Shown here one piece after another: positions 33,835-40,911 of a DNA stretch of 40,911 nt. Position 1 is the stretch's first letter. Each line of letters opens with the position of its first letter. The position numbers were made by a program, and so were the translations under genes. The notes under the pieces are model-generated. The model was not told the DNA's origin. It ran no database searches and saw nothing but the letters and a program-made list of their open reading frames with translations. Origin of the DNA: a virus; IMG/VR virus record IMGVR_UViG_3300021061_000014; one strand, written 5' to 3'.

Positions 33835-33967
33835 TAAAAAGACGATGCAGGCATTGAAGAAAATAGCGAAAAAGGAAGGAAAGTCGGTGGAAGAAATCGC
33901 CGCCGACTTGCTTAGCAAGGGGATGAAAAATTTTTTGGGTTACAGAGGGCCTCTTAGGCCTAACTGA
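33812..33967 (+). CDS. Small ribbon-helix-helix protein (51 aa)
   Basis: I translated it by hand: MELEVQLDKKTMQALKKIAKKEGKSVEEIAADLLSKGM... Confidence 0.5.
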   Translation: MELEVQLDKKTMQALKKIAKKEGKSVEEIAADLLSKGMKNFLGYRGPLRPN

Positions 33968-33977
33968 GGGACTGAGC

Positions 33978-34913
33978 ATGATACCACTGACTGAAATTCA
34001 GATAGGCGAGCGTGTGCGCAAAGACATGGGCGACCTGAACAGCCTGGCCGAATCAATCAAGCGCCATGGGCTACTTCACCCGGTAGTTATCACCAGTGAA
34101 AAAATTCTTGTTGCTGGCCACCGTCGCTTAGAAGCCGCAAAGCTTCTGGGGTGGGAGCGCATACCTGCAACTGTTATCGATGTTGCTGACCTGCTTTCCG
34201 CTGAGCGGGATGAAAACGAAGTTCGAAAGAACTTCACACCTACCGAGGCCGTGGCCATTGGGAGAATGATTGAGGAGAAAGAAAGGCCAAAAGCCGAGGC
34301 GAATAGAAAGGCTTCTCAATTTGGCAGCGGTGTTGACCAAATATCAACACCGGAGAAGATAAATCTTAGAGAGATAGCCGGCAATGCTGTGGGGATGGGC
34401 GGGACGACTTACGCCAAGGCTAGGCAGGTTATTGAGGCTGCTGAATCAGACCCAGAAAAATTCGGCGACCTGCCAGAGCAAATGGATGAAACAAATAATA
34501 TCCACGGCGCACATTTAGAAATGAAGCGTCGTATGGCCGGAGTCGAGCCAACCAAAGTTACAGGCAGACTGGGGCGCAAGGGCATAAGGGCAAACAAAGA
34601 AGCGCCCTATGAGCCAAAAACCGAAGGCCAAAGAATTAAGGCCGAGTCTCAAAAAAGCAAAATGGTTAATTCTCTTTCAATTGTTACAGGCCACTGCCGG
34701 GGATTAGAAGAACTGGATGTTCAAATGGCTTTGTCGGTTTGCAGCGACGAAGAAATCAAGGTTTGGAGGACGCGGGCCAGCGATATAGCCAAGACCTTCC
34801 GTGAACTATCTAGAAAACTACAGAGAGGATCAACAAATGGCAATGCAGAACAACTCGAAGCTGGTGAAGATGCGGGCCGACACACTGGCGATTCATCCGC
34901 ACGCGCAGCGTGA
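33978..34913 (+). CDS. ParB N-terminal domain (ParB/Srx-like) protein
   Basis: I.IGERVRKDMGDLNSLAESIKRHGLLHPVVIT....LVAGHRRLEAAKLLGWERIPA. Confidence 0.85.
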   Translation: MIPLTEIQIGERVRKDMGDLNSLAESIKRHGLLHPVVITSEKILVAGHRRLEAAKLLGWERIPATVIDVADLLSAERDENEVRKNFTPTEAVAIGRMIEEKERPKAEANRKASQFGSGVDQISTPEKINLREIAGNAVGMGGTTYAKARQVIEAAESDPEKFGDLPEQMDETNNIHGAHLEMKRRMAGVEPTKVTGRLGRKGIRANKEAPYEPKTEGQRIKAESQKSKMVNSLSIVTGHCRGLEELDVQMALSVCSDEEIKVWRTRASDIAKTFRELSRKLQRGSTNGNAEQLEAGEDAGRHTGDSSARAA

Positions 34914-35643
34914 TTTAGTCCCCTCGAAGCTGAAGAAGCTTCTTTCTAACTTTGATTTGGATGCAATCGGTGTTTTGCATGCCGTTGAGTATCCAATTAA
35001 CGGGGTAAGCAAAGTCTGGGTAATTGATGGCCAGCACCGGCTGCGGGCATTGCTGGATCATGGGTTTGGAGAGTGGCAGGTTGAGGTCAAAATCCATACC
35101 GAGGCAACCGATGACGTCCGGGCGGCTCAGCTTTTCCTGAAACTCAATGATCGCGCATCGGTGATGCCTTATGACAAGTTTGTCAACGAGGCCAAGGCGA
35201 ATAATCCTGACGCATTGGGTGTTCTGGCAATCACCAACCGGCATGGGCTTGAGATTGCCAAAGCGAATGCTGACGGAAAACTTACCTGTGTTAGCACCCT
35301 CAAGAGCCTCTATAAAGTAGACCAAGGCAAAACCCTGAATTTCGTACTCGGGCTTATCAAAGAAGCCTGGGGGACCAAAAGCACGGCCTTGGAAGGAAAA
35401 TTGATTGAAGGCATTGGCGCTGTAGTTGCTCGCTATCGTGAGTCCATTGACCGCGATTCTCTGGTTAACAAGCTTTCTAAGTACCCTGGTGGAGCATCTG
35501 GCCTTGTTGGTGACGCCAAAGGCATGAATCAATACCGCCGCACCACGTTGAGCAAATGTGTTGCCGAGCGTGTCATCGAAACCTACAACACTGGGCGCCG
35601 CAGCGGAAAACTTGACCCGATGCAGTTCATTGAGGCTGCATGA
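34837..35643 (+). CDS. DGQHR-motif ParB-like/DndB-like protein
   Basis: L.IHPHAQRDL...VWVIDGQHRLRAL. GAGAGGA RBS before ATG 34837. Overlaps the preceding gene by 77 nt. Confidence 0.8.
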   Translation: MAMQNNSKLVKMRADTLAIHPHAQRDLVPSKLKKLLSNFDLDAIGVLHAVEYPINGVSKVWVIDGQHRLRALLDHGFGEWQVEVKIHTEATDDVRAAQLFLKLNDRASVMPYDKFVNEAKANNPDALGVLAITNRHGLEIAKANADGKLTCVSTLKSLYKVDQGKTLNFVLGLIKEAWGTKSTALEGKLIEGIGAVVARYRESIDRDSLVNKLSKYPGGASGLVGDAKGMNQYRRTTLSKCVAERVIETYNTGRRSGKLDPMQFIEAA

Positions 35644-35837
35644 ACCCCACAATCCAAAAGCTCGGAATCCTGTTATCCGTCATTGGCATTATCTCCTGCC
35701 TATCCCTCTGGTACATCGAGAGCAACAAGCCGGAGCCGATGACGAAAGAAACCCAATGCATGGTCTGGAATAAATTTTCCATGAACGGCGAGACTGGGGA
35801 GTGTCCTGATGACAAGCAAATGGCGGTGTACCCATGA
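35640..35837 (+). CDS. Small membrane-anchored protein
   Basis: ATGA overlap. N-terminal hydrophobic LGILLSVIGIISCLSLW. Confidence 0.55.
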   Translation: MNPTIQKLGILLSVIGIISCLSLWYIESNKPEPMTKETQCMVWNKFSMNGETGECPDDKQMAVYP

Positions 35838-36124
35838 AAGCTGTTCTTGGATTGCTCCACCACTTTATCAGGGTTGTGAGATTCGTTACACCACACCTGA
35901 TTTATGCCAGTGCGTTTTTCTGTGTCGGAGTTTACGCAAGTTTCTGTCACACCCAAATGGTGAAGTATGAGCAGATGGCGGTAGCCACAAAAGCGAAATA
36001 TGAGGCTCAGCGCACGGCTGACATGGTTGGATTATTGAAAAGCACAAAGCCTGATCTTGGATGCCCGGTAGAAGAGGTCAGGATGCCGCTGAAGAAAGGC
36101 AGATCCAAGAAGGTCTGCGGTTGA
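35834..36124 (+). CDS. Small membrane protein
   Basis: ATGA overlap. Hydrophobic LIYASAFFCVGVYASF. Confidence 0.55.
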   Translation: MKAVLGLLHHFIRVVRFVTPHLIYASAFFCVGVYASFCHTQMVKYEQMAVATKAKYEAQRTADMVGLLKSTKPDLGCPVEEVRMPLKKGRSKKVCG

Positions 36125-36306
36125 TGGCGGTTTGTTCGAAGGCGAAGAAGATTTGTTGATATGCGCGGTGAAGACTGTTCCTTGCTCCAGACTCGGGGCA
36201 GTCGCCATAAAGCTACGGCGCTCAGGCTGGATAGCGTATCCGTAGAGTCGGTGGAAATCCGGCCACCGCCCACCAATTCCACACCCGTGAGACGGTAGGA
36301 GGGGAT

Positions 36307-36708
36307 ATGAAATTTTCTAAAGGCGAGATAGTAATCATGCTGCCAGCAAAGAACCCTGCGGCTATAGCGAAATACGGCAGCGGCCATATTGAATGCGAAA
36401 TATTTGAAGTCGGGCCATTTAAGGCTGGTTATTTCTGTTCGGCTATGGGTGACTCTGCGGCAATTGATACTGATTACGTCGTAAAGATGAGCGATGGCGA
36501 CTTATGGTTTTGCGGAGAACCAAATCTTCGCAAACGCCCACAACCCGGCCAATCAGACACCGAGTCACGGGAGAGGTATCTGAACAGCTTGAAGCCCTGC
36601 GACCCTGAGTTCCGTGAGGACATGGATAAATATCTGAATCCGGTAACGGAAGAAACCATGCGCCGCGTTGTTGACGGTATGCGCGAATTCTACACGAGGG
36701 ATTTTTAA
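36307..36708 (+). CDS. Hypothetical protein
   Basis: GGAGGGG RBS. Follows a structured 183-nt gap. Confidence 0.65.
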   Translation: MKFSKGEIVIMLPAKNPAAIAKYGSGHIECEIFEVGPFKAGYFCSAMGDSAAIDTDYVVKMSDGDLWFCGEPNLRKRPQPGQSDTESRERYLNSLKPCDPEFREDMDKYLNPVTEETMRRVVDGMREFYTRDF

Positions 36709-36790
36709 CTATGCGCCGAGTCGCGCAGAACATGTCCGATTTCACCACCCCCACGAGCGGAAGGGGGCGGGGGTGAGGAATCCGGATTGT

Positions 36791-36949
36791 ATGTGGGTAG
36801 CTCAATATCGGCTGAAAGGCAAATGGAGATATTGCTTCCACACTGTTGGCATGACCAAAAAGGAAGCGTCAGTAGTAATGAAAAAGTTACGCGAGTTATT
36901 CGGCATTGAGTACGAGTACCGCCTCCGGAAATACATAGCGAGTGAGTGA
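36791..36949 (+). CDS. Hypothetical small protein
   Basis: ATG 36791 (GTG 36773 also possible) within ORF 36668..36949. Confidence 0.45.
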   Translation: MWVAQYRLKGKWRYCFHTVGMTKKEASVVMKKLRELFGIEYEYRLRKYIASE

Positions 36950-36950
36950 T

Positions 36951-37151
36951 ATGAGCGACAACGTTGTAATCCCTGGTTCTGAATATGAATCACTCAAAAG
37001 TGATCTTGACGGCGCTTACCAAGAAATTGATGAGCAGGCTGAGCGTATTGCCGACCTCGAAGAAGAAAACAAACTGCTCAAGGCGAGGGTGGTGGAGTTA
37101 GAAGACCAGATTAAAGACGCCGGCCTGGAGCGTCGGTTTAACGACCGGTAG
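36951..37151 (+). CDS. Small coiled-coil protein
   Basis: Heptad-like acidic sequence EEENKLLKARVVELEDQIKD. Confidence 0.55.
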   Translation: MSDNVVIPGSEYESLKSDLDGAYQEIDEQAERIADLEEENKLLKARVVELEDQIKDAGLERRFNDR

Positions 37152-37156
37152 AGCTT

Positions 37157-37798
37157 ATGAATTGGATACCAATTAACAGTCCATACGGGTTGCAGAAGTA
37201 CGCGTTGATTGATGACGAGGACTATGAATTGGTTCATCGCTATCGGTGGGGCGTGAGGACGCATCGCCGGAAAGAGGGCTGTTGGGCGTATCCGTTTGCA
37301 TATGACCCAAAAACCCTGGATGGGCATTATCTGCATCGCCTTGTGATGAGAGCTACCAAGGGCCAGGTGGTTGACCATATTAACGGCAATCCCTTCGACA
37401 GCAGAAAGCAGAACCTAAGGCTTTGCACAACCGCCGAGAACTCAAGGAATCGGCCCAAATACAAGGCTGAGACCACCAACAACTACAAAGGCGTTTTCAA
37501 GACGAAGTCCGGTAAGAAATATATGGCCTTGCTCCGGATCAATCGTGAGCATTTCAAGTTCGGACCATTTGAGAACGAGGTATTTGCCGCTCTTGTGTAC
37601 GACATGGCAGCACTCCATTACCACGGAAGATTTGCCAACACTAATTTCACGGACGAACAGCGAAGATTCTTGTTGTGCCTCGTTAATTTTTATGACTCTC
37701 CGGAATTTGAATCATTGTCCGGAAATTTTGTTGTACCCAAAAAAAATTTCGCAACTCAATGTAATTCTTACACTTTGAATGAAAGAGTTACCGGGTAA
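37157..37798 (+). CDS. HNH endonuclease with AP2 DNA-binding domain (homing-endonuclease type)
   Basis: HRLVM....GQVVDHINGNPFDSRKQNLRLCT..EN (HNH_3), then YKGV......KY.A.....EHF..G.F..E..AA..YD.AA..YHG (AP2). Confidence 0.85.
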   Translation: MNWIPINSPYGLQKYALIDDEDYELVHRYRWGVRTHRRKEGCWAYPFAYDPKTLDGHYLHRLVMRATKGQVVDHINGNPFDSRKQNLRLCTTAENSRNRPKYKAETTNNYKGVFKTKSGKKYMALLRINREHFKFGPFENEVFAALVYDMAALHYHGRFANTNFTDEQRRFLLCLVNFYDSPEFESLSGNFVVPKKNFATQCNSYTLNERVTG

Positions 37799-37801
37799 AA
37801 A

Positions 37802-38581
37802 ATGCACTACTACAAACGCAACATCGGCGACTACTCCAAGAAGGCTGGAAGACTGTCCATCCTTCAGCACGGCGTGTACACGCTGTTAATCGATGCCTGC
37901 TACGACCGCGAGAGATTCCCGACCAGGGCTGAGGCTTTGGATTGGGTATGGGCTGGAACCCCAGAAGAAATTCAGGCGGTTGATTTTGTGTTGAGCAAGT
38001 TCTTCACCCTGAAGGACGGCGTTTATGTTCAGAAAAGAATCGCTGAGGAGATCGAGGAGTATCACGTCTTCTGCGAGCAGCAGGCGGCCAAGGGAAAAGC
38101 CGGTGGCCGCCCAAAAAAACCCGCCGGGTTACCAATGGGTTCCCAAGAAAACCCGGAGGAAAGCCACAGCCAAGCAGATGAAAGCCTAACCACTAACCAT
38201 GAACCACTAACCAAAATCCCTTCGGGGGCTGACGCCCCGACGCTCTGGGATGTCTGGCTTTCAATTCCTGGGGTCGGTGACGAAAAGCACGCACGTTCGC
38301 ACCTTGGCAAACTGATCAAGCAATACGGGGAATTCGCTGTAGCGCAGGCCGTGGCAGTTACCGCGCTGAAAAAACCCGCAGAGCCAAATGCATTCATCGA
38401 AGGCCAGCTAAAAGCCAACCCAAAAACCGGCAAGAAGCCCGATTGGGCTGTGATCCCGCAAGACGACAACAAGCTCTGGGATTGGGCTAAGAAGCACAAC
38501 TACTCGAACCCTGGGGGGCTGGATTTTTACCAGTACCGGCGAAAGCTACAGGTCGAGGTCGAGGTTAGGTTGAACCAGTGA
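37802..38581 (+). CDS. DUF1376 (YdaU-like) replication-associated protein
   Basis: MHYYKRNIGDYSKKAGRLSILQHGVYTLLIDACYDRE is the DUF1376 N-terminal signature. Confidence 0.85.
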   Translation: MHYYKRNIGDYSKKAGRLSILQHGVYTLLIDACYDRERFPTRAEALDWVWAGTPEEIQAVDFVLSKFFTLKDGVYVQKRIAEEIEEYHVFCEQQAAKGKAGGRPKKPAGLPMGSQENPEESHSQADESLTTNHEPLTKIPSGADAPTLWDVWLSIPGVGDEKHARSHLGKLIKQYGEFAVAQAVAVTALKKPAEPNAFIEGQLKANPKTGKKPDWAVIPQDDNKLWDWAKKHNYSNPGGLDFYQYRRKLQVEVEVRLNQ

Positions 38582-38590
38582 GGAATCCAA

Positions 38591-38953
38591 ATGAGATCAA
38601 ATAAAGCGTTTTCGGAAAATCTAGAGTTTCTCATGCGATTTCACAAGTTGTCTCAAATGCAGCTTGCGGAGGCAACCGGTCTTTCTCAGCAGTCAATAAG
38701 CAACATGGTAAGAGGAAGGGCGACTCCATCGGCAGAGTCTGTCTGCAAAATCGCTGAATTTTTGGGAGTGTCCCCAGAAGGATTGTTGTTCGGTCTTGAC
38801 GTCCCAAAAAATGCACAAGTATCAAAGTATCGTCGTACGAACATGTCGCCAAAAAAGGAAAAATATTTACGTCGAATTTTTGGCTGGATTTTACGTGTTC
38901 TTGGAGTTAGCGCTGGGTACGTGGTTAGCAAACAGATTGGTGATTTTCAATGA
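38591..38953 (+). CDS. XRE-family HTH protein with C-terminal hydrophobic segment
   Basis: LSQMQLAEATGLSQQSISNMVRGR, plus the C-terminal IFGWILRVLGVSAGYVV. Confidence 0.75.
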   Translation: MRSNKAFSENLEFLMRFHKLSQMQLAEATGLSQQSISNMVRGRATPSAESVCKIAEFLGVSPEGLLFGLDVPKNAQVSKYRRTNMSPKKEKYLRRIFGWILRVLGVSAGYVVSKQIGDFQ

Positions 38954-39291
38954 CCCCCCAACACCGCCTAGCCATCGAAATCATGTACCAGGAACTCGGA
39001 ATGAGTCCGCATGAGATTGTGGCCAATGGAGATTGGTTGGAGCCCCCGACGCTGGAGAGCGTTGAGAAGGTTATTGAGCCATTCAGGAAGAACACGCGGT
39101 TTAATCCGGAGGCACAGGTGTCTCTGCGCCGGAATGCGGTTAGCCGGTTCCTCGTGTTTGAGGGCCAGCGAAAGACACTCGCTGAATGGGCGGTTGTTGC
39201 TCGAATCTCAAGACAAACCCTCCATTCCAGATTGCGCAGAGGGTGGAGCGTTGAAAGAGCTTTATCGGAAATTCCGAAGGAGCGCGCATGA
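38950..39291 (+). CDS. Putative DNA-binding protein (C-terminal HTH)
   Basis: KTLAEWAVVARISRQTLHSRLRRGWSVERAL. Confidence 0.6.
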   Translation: MTPQHRLAIEIMYQELGMSPHEIVANGDWLEPPTLESVEKVIEPFRKNTRFNPEAQVSLRRNAVSRFLVFEGQRKTLAEWAVVARISRQTLHSRLRRGWSVERALSEIPKERA

Positions 39292-39449
39292 ACTGCGAAC
39301 ACTGCGGAGCCAAGAGCATTGTTATTGATGTTCGGATTTATTCATCCAAGCGGCTGCGTGATTCCTACAACATCCGCCGCAGACAATGTGCCAATGGGCA
39401 CAGATTTACAACGTACGAGACATTGAAGAAGCCGGAGGAGACGAAATGA
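39288..39449 (+). CDS. Zinc-ribbon protein resembling Ogr/Delta activators and the NrdR Zn-ribbon (53 aa)
   Basis: I translated it by hand: MNCEHCGAKSIVIDVRIYSS...IRRRQCANGHRFTTYETL. ATGA overlaps on both sides. Confidence 0.6.
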   Translation: MNCEHCGAKSIVIDVRIYSSKRLRDSYNIRRRQCANGHRFTTYETLKKPEETK

Positions 39450-39697
39450 ACCACGACCGCATTATGGCAGTAGCCAAGAAACGCAGAGCTATTATCCCGA
39501 AGCAAGGGACTGATACTCACCGGATGTTAGAGGCCATGTTCGACGGGCACAAGATAACGGTGTTGTCCGGCCCGAAGGTTTGCGGGCTGTGTTCAGTATC
39601 TCAGCGTGCTGGAGACCTGATCCGCTACGGCTGGCCGGTGAAGAAGAAGTGGAAGGATCTGCCGAACGGAAAGCGCGTTAAAGAGTATTCACTATGA
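39446..39697 (+). CDS. Winged-helix DNA-binding protein (HTH_39-like)
   Basis: G.DTHRMLEAM.DGHKIT.......GLCSVSQRAGDLIRYGWPV....K.L.NGKRVKEY. Confidence 0.65.
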   Translation: MNHDRIMAVAKKRRAIIPKQGTDTHRMLEAMFDGHKITVLSGPKVCGLCSVSQRAGDLIRYGWPVKKKWKDLPNGKRVKEYSL

Positions 39698-39894
39698 ATC
39701 TATACAACTGCAAAGTAACAAGCGGTTCGCAAGATGCAGTTTATGTTTGGGTGGTCGCCAAAGACGTGGCTAGGGCCGAGGAAGTTGCTTTGAAAAGAAT
39801 TTCTGATGCAGGTCTATTTTTCGAGGTTGTCGAGGAAATAAAGCTAATAGCAACCACGGGGAATAGAGGCGGGATTCTGGCGATCGATGAATGA
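39694..39894 (+). CDS. Hypothetical protein
   Basis: ATGA-coupled ORF. Confidence 0.55.
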   Translation: MNLYNCKVTSGSQDAVYVWVVAKDVARAEEVALKRISDAGLFFEVVEEIKLIATTGNRGGILAIDE

Positions 39895-40091
39895 CCTGGC
39901 ACGAACGAACAGACTCACACGGGAAATATTTAATCAGTGAAGACGGAAAATTCAAAATCACGAACGAGGGGCCGAAGGGTGGTAGGCGCTACTGCCTTTG
40001 GGGAGAGCATGTATGGATGGGACCTGAGGGGCGGTATTCTGCACATGTACGTCTTGTCAGGATCGGCACGCTCGAAGAATGCAAAGGTTAA
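39891..40091 (+). CDS. Hypothetical protein
   Basis: ATGA-coupled ORF. Confidence 0.55.
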   Translation: MTWHERTDSHGKYLISEDGKFKITNEGPKGGRRYCLWGEHVWMGPEGRYSAHVRLVRIGTLEECKG

Positions 40092-40106
40092 GGAGAGGAG
40101 GAAGTG

Positions 40107-40274
40107 ATGAAAGTCAATTTTCATGCTGGCAGGCATCCAGGGGACGGCGAGAAAGCGGTTCTTCCGGCCCTTGTTTACGTCTCGGGGGAGGATGCTGCTT
40201 TCAAGGGATTCCTTATTGCCCTTGGTTGGTGGGATTGGTCAGTTTCGGTTTCGGTTTGCTGGGCAGATAAATGA
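40107..40274 (+). CDS. Hypothetical small protein (55 aa)
   Basis: I translated it by hand: MKVNFHAGRHPGDGEKAVLPALVYV... GGAGAGGAGG RBS. ATGA overlap with ninB. Confidence 0.45.
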   Translation: MKVNFHAGRHPGDGEKAVLPALVYVSGEDAAFKGFLIALGWWDWSVSVSVCWADK

Positions 40275-40669
40275 CAGTCCACTTCGTCACCAACCACCGC
40301 CAGAAATCCGAACTCGTGGAGCGAATCCTTGAGACTGATAAGCCGCTGAGGATCGAGATAGAGGAAGGAGACCAGCGGACCATAACCCAGAACGCTCGCC
40401 ATTGGGCGCTGATACAGGGAGCATGCCAGTACTTGCGGAACGCCGGGATATACGAATCTACGCCCGAGGCTTTGCACGTGTACTGCAAGCGGAAGATTCT
40501 GGGGACTAGAGCGGTAACGATTGGAGAGGAGGTTTTTTACTTGGACGCCGCGAGCCGGAAGATGACCAAGAAACAATTCAAGTTATTTGATGAAAAGCTT
40601 GAGCCGTTTCTGTTGGATGAATTGGGCGTCCCTGTTGAATATTTGTTACCGGGAGGGGTTGGGGGATGA
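40271..40669 (+). CDS. ninB: NinB-like recombination protein
   Basis: LRIEIEEGDQRTITQNARHWALIQ... and ASRKMTKKQFKLFDEKLE parallel lambda NinB (RSLDQN..LWA; STS.M...EF). Confidence 0.8.
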   Translation: MTVHFVTNHRQKSELVERILETDKPLRIEIEEGDQRTITQNARHWALIQGACQYLRNAGIYESTPEALHVYCKRKILGTRAVTIGEEVFYLDAASRKMTKKQFKLFDEKLEPFLLDELGVPVEYLLPGGVGG

Positions 40670-40821
40670 ATTATAAGCAACGACTTTGGATTGGCTGGCT
40701 TGTTGGCTCTGCCGTGTTTCTTTCGCTCACGGCATGGTGGGCGCATACGGGCTGGCTGGTGCTTGGCGAATTGGTTCTGGCGATATGGTGGATGCGGGCC
40801 TGCCCGAAGCCGAGTGTATGA
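40666..40821 (+). CDS. Small two-TM membrane protein (51 aa)
   Basis: I translated it by hand: MNYKQRLWIGWLVGSAVFLSLTAWWAHTGWLVLGELVLAIWWM... ATGA overlap with ninB. It extends into the terminal repeat. Confidence 0.5.
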   Translation: MNYKQRLWIGWLVGSAVFLSLTAWWAHTGWLVLGELVLAIWWMRACPKPSV

Positions 40822-40911
40822 GCATGCTAACCAAACCCCCTAAGCGGAAGCAGAAGACCATATGCTGATGAAATCGAAACCAATCCGGAGCCAGAAGTTG
40901 CGGGATAGCGC
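40785..40911. repeat. Terminal direct repeat, copy 2 (identical to 1..127)
   Basis: Exact 127-bp match to the window start. Confidence 0.95.

Noticed and set aside
34915-35652. 245-aa reverse ORF spanning the whole DGQHR gene
   Set aside because: The forward frame carries the recognisable ParB-like/DGQHR motifs and a strong RBS. The reverse translation has no recognisable features.
36007-36387. 126-aa reverse ORF across the structured intergenic region
   Set aside because: It overlaps two forward genes and has no start context. The region is better explained as non-coding RNA/DNA structure.
40686-40868. 60-aa ORF from the track at the right end
   Set aside because: The overlapping 51-aa frame (40666..40821) has an ATGA coupling to ninB and a clean two-TM profile. 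The 60-aa frame looks like its shadow.
1-40911. CRISPR arrays, tRNA/tmRNA genes, reverse transcriptase (DGR/retron), and transposase/IS elements
   Set aside because: I found no spaced direct-repeat arrays, no cloverleaf-compatible sequences with a T-loop consensus, no YxDD-type RT ORF and no transposase-like ORF. The only repeats are those listed.

Overview
The window is a complete temperate phage genome closed on itself. Bases 1-127 are repeated exactly at 40785-40911, so the unique length is 40,784 bp. The layout is lambdoid/P22-like. (i) 40107 through the junction to 2027: a nin-like region (NinB, YbcO-like nuclease, a frame-broken RusA, an LMW phosphatase, a Zn protein) ending in an RfaH/NusG-like protein where Q normally sits. 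(ii) 2292-6668: lysis genes (T7-lysozyme-type amidase, holin candidates, overlapping i-/o-spanins) mixed with small accessory ORFs, including an HslV-like Ntn hydrolase. (iii) 6668-22602: P22-type morphogenesis genes (gp3-type TerS, TerL, portal, scaffold, P22-family coat, gp4-/gp10-like proteins, a needle-like protein with an S74 chaperone domain, ejection proteins, and a fibre module with LamG and glycine-rich proteins), interrupted by a reverse-strand outer-membrane beta-barrel moron. (iv) 22603-23914: attP-int-xis. (v) 23924-31992: leftward early operon (ERF / YqaJ exonuclease / SSB recombination module, HNH, many small unknowns). (vi) 32025-33511: immunity region with a CI-like repressor, a Cro-like protein and three TGTAA-N6-TTACA operators. 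(vii) 33598-40091: rightward early operon (two RHH proteins, a ParB-like plus DGQHR ParB-like pair, an HNH-AP2 endonuclease, a DUF1376 replication protein, several HTH/Zn regulators). I recognised no tRNA, rRNA, CRISPR array, reverse transcriptase or transposase. All functional calls come from motif recognition by eye on the supplied translations, not from database searches. Many start codons are my own choice among alternatives.
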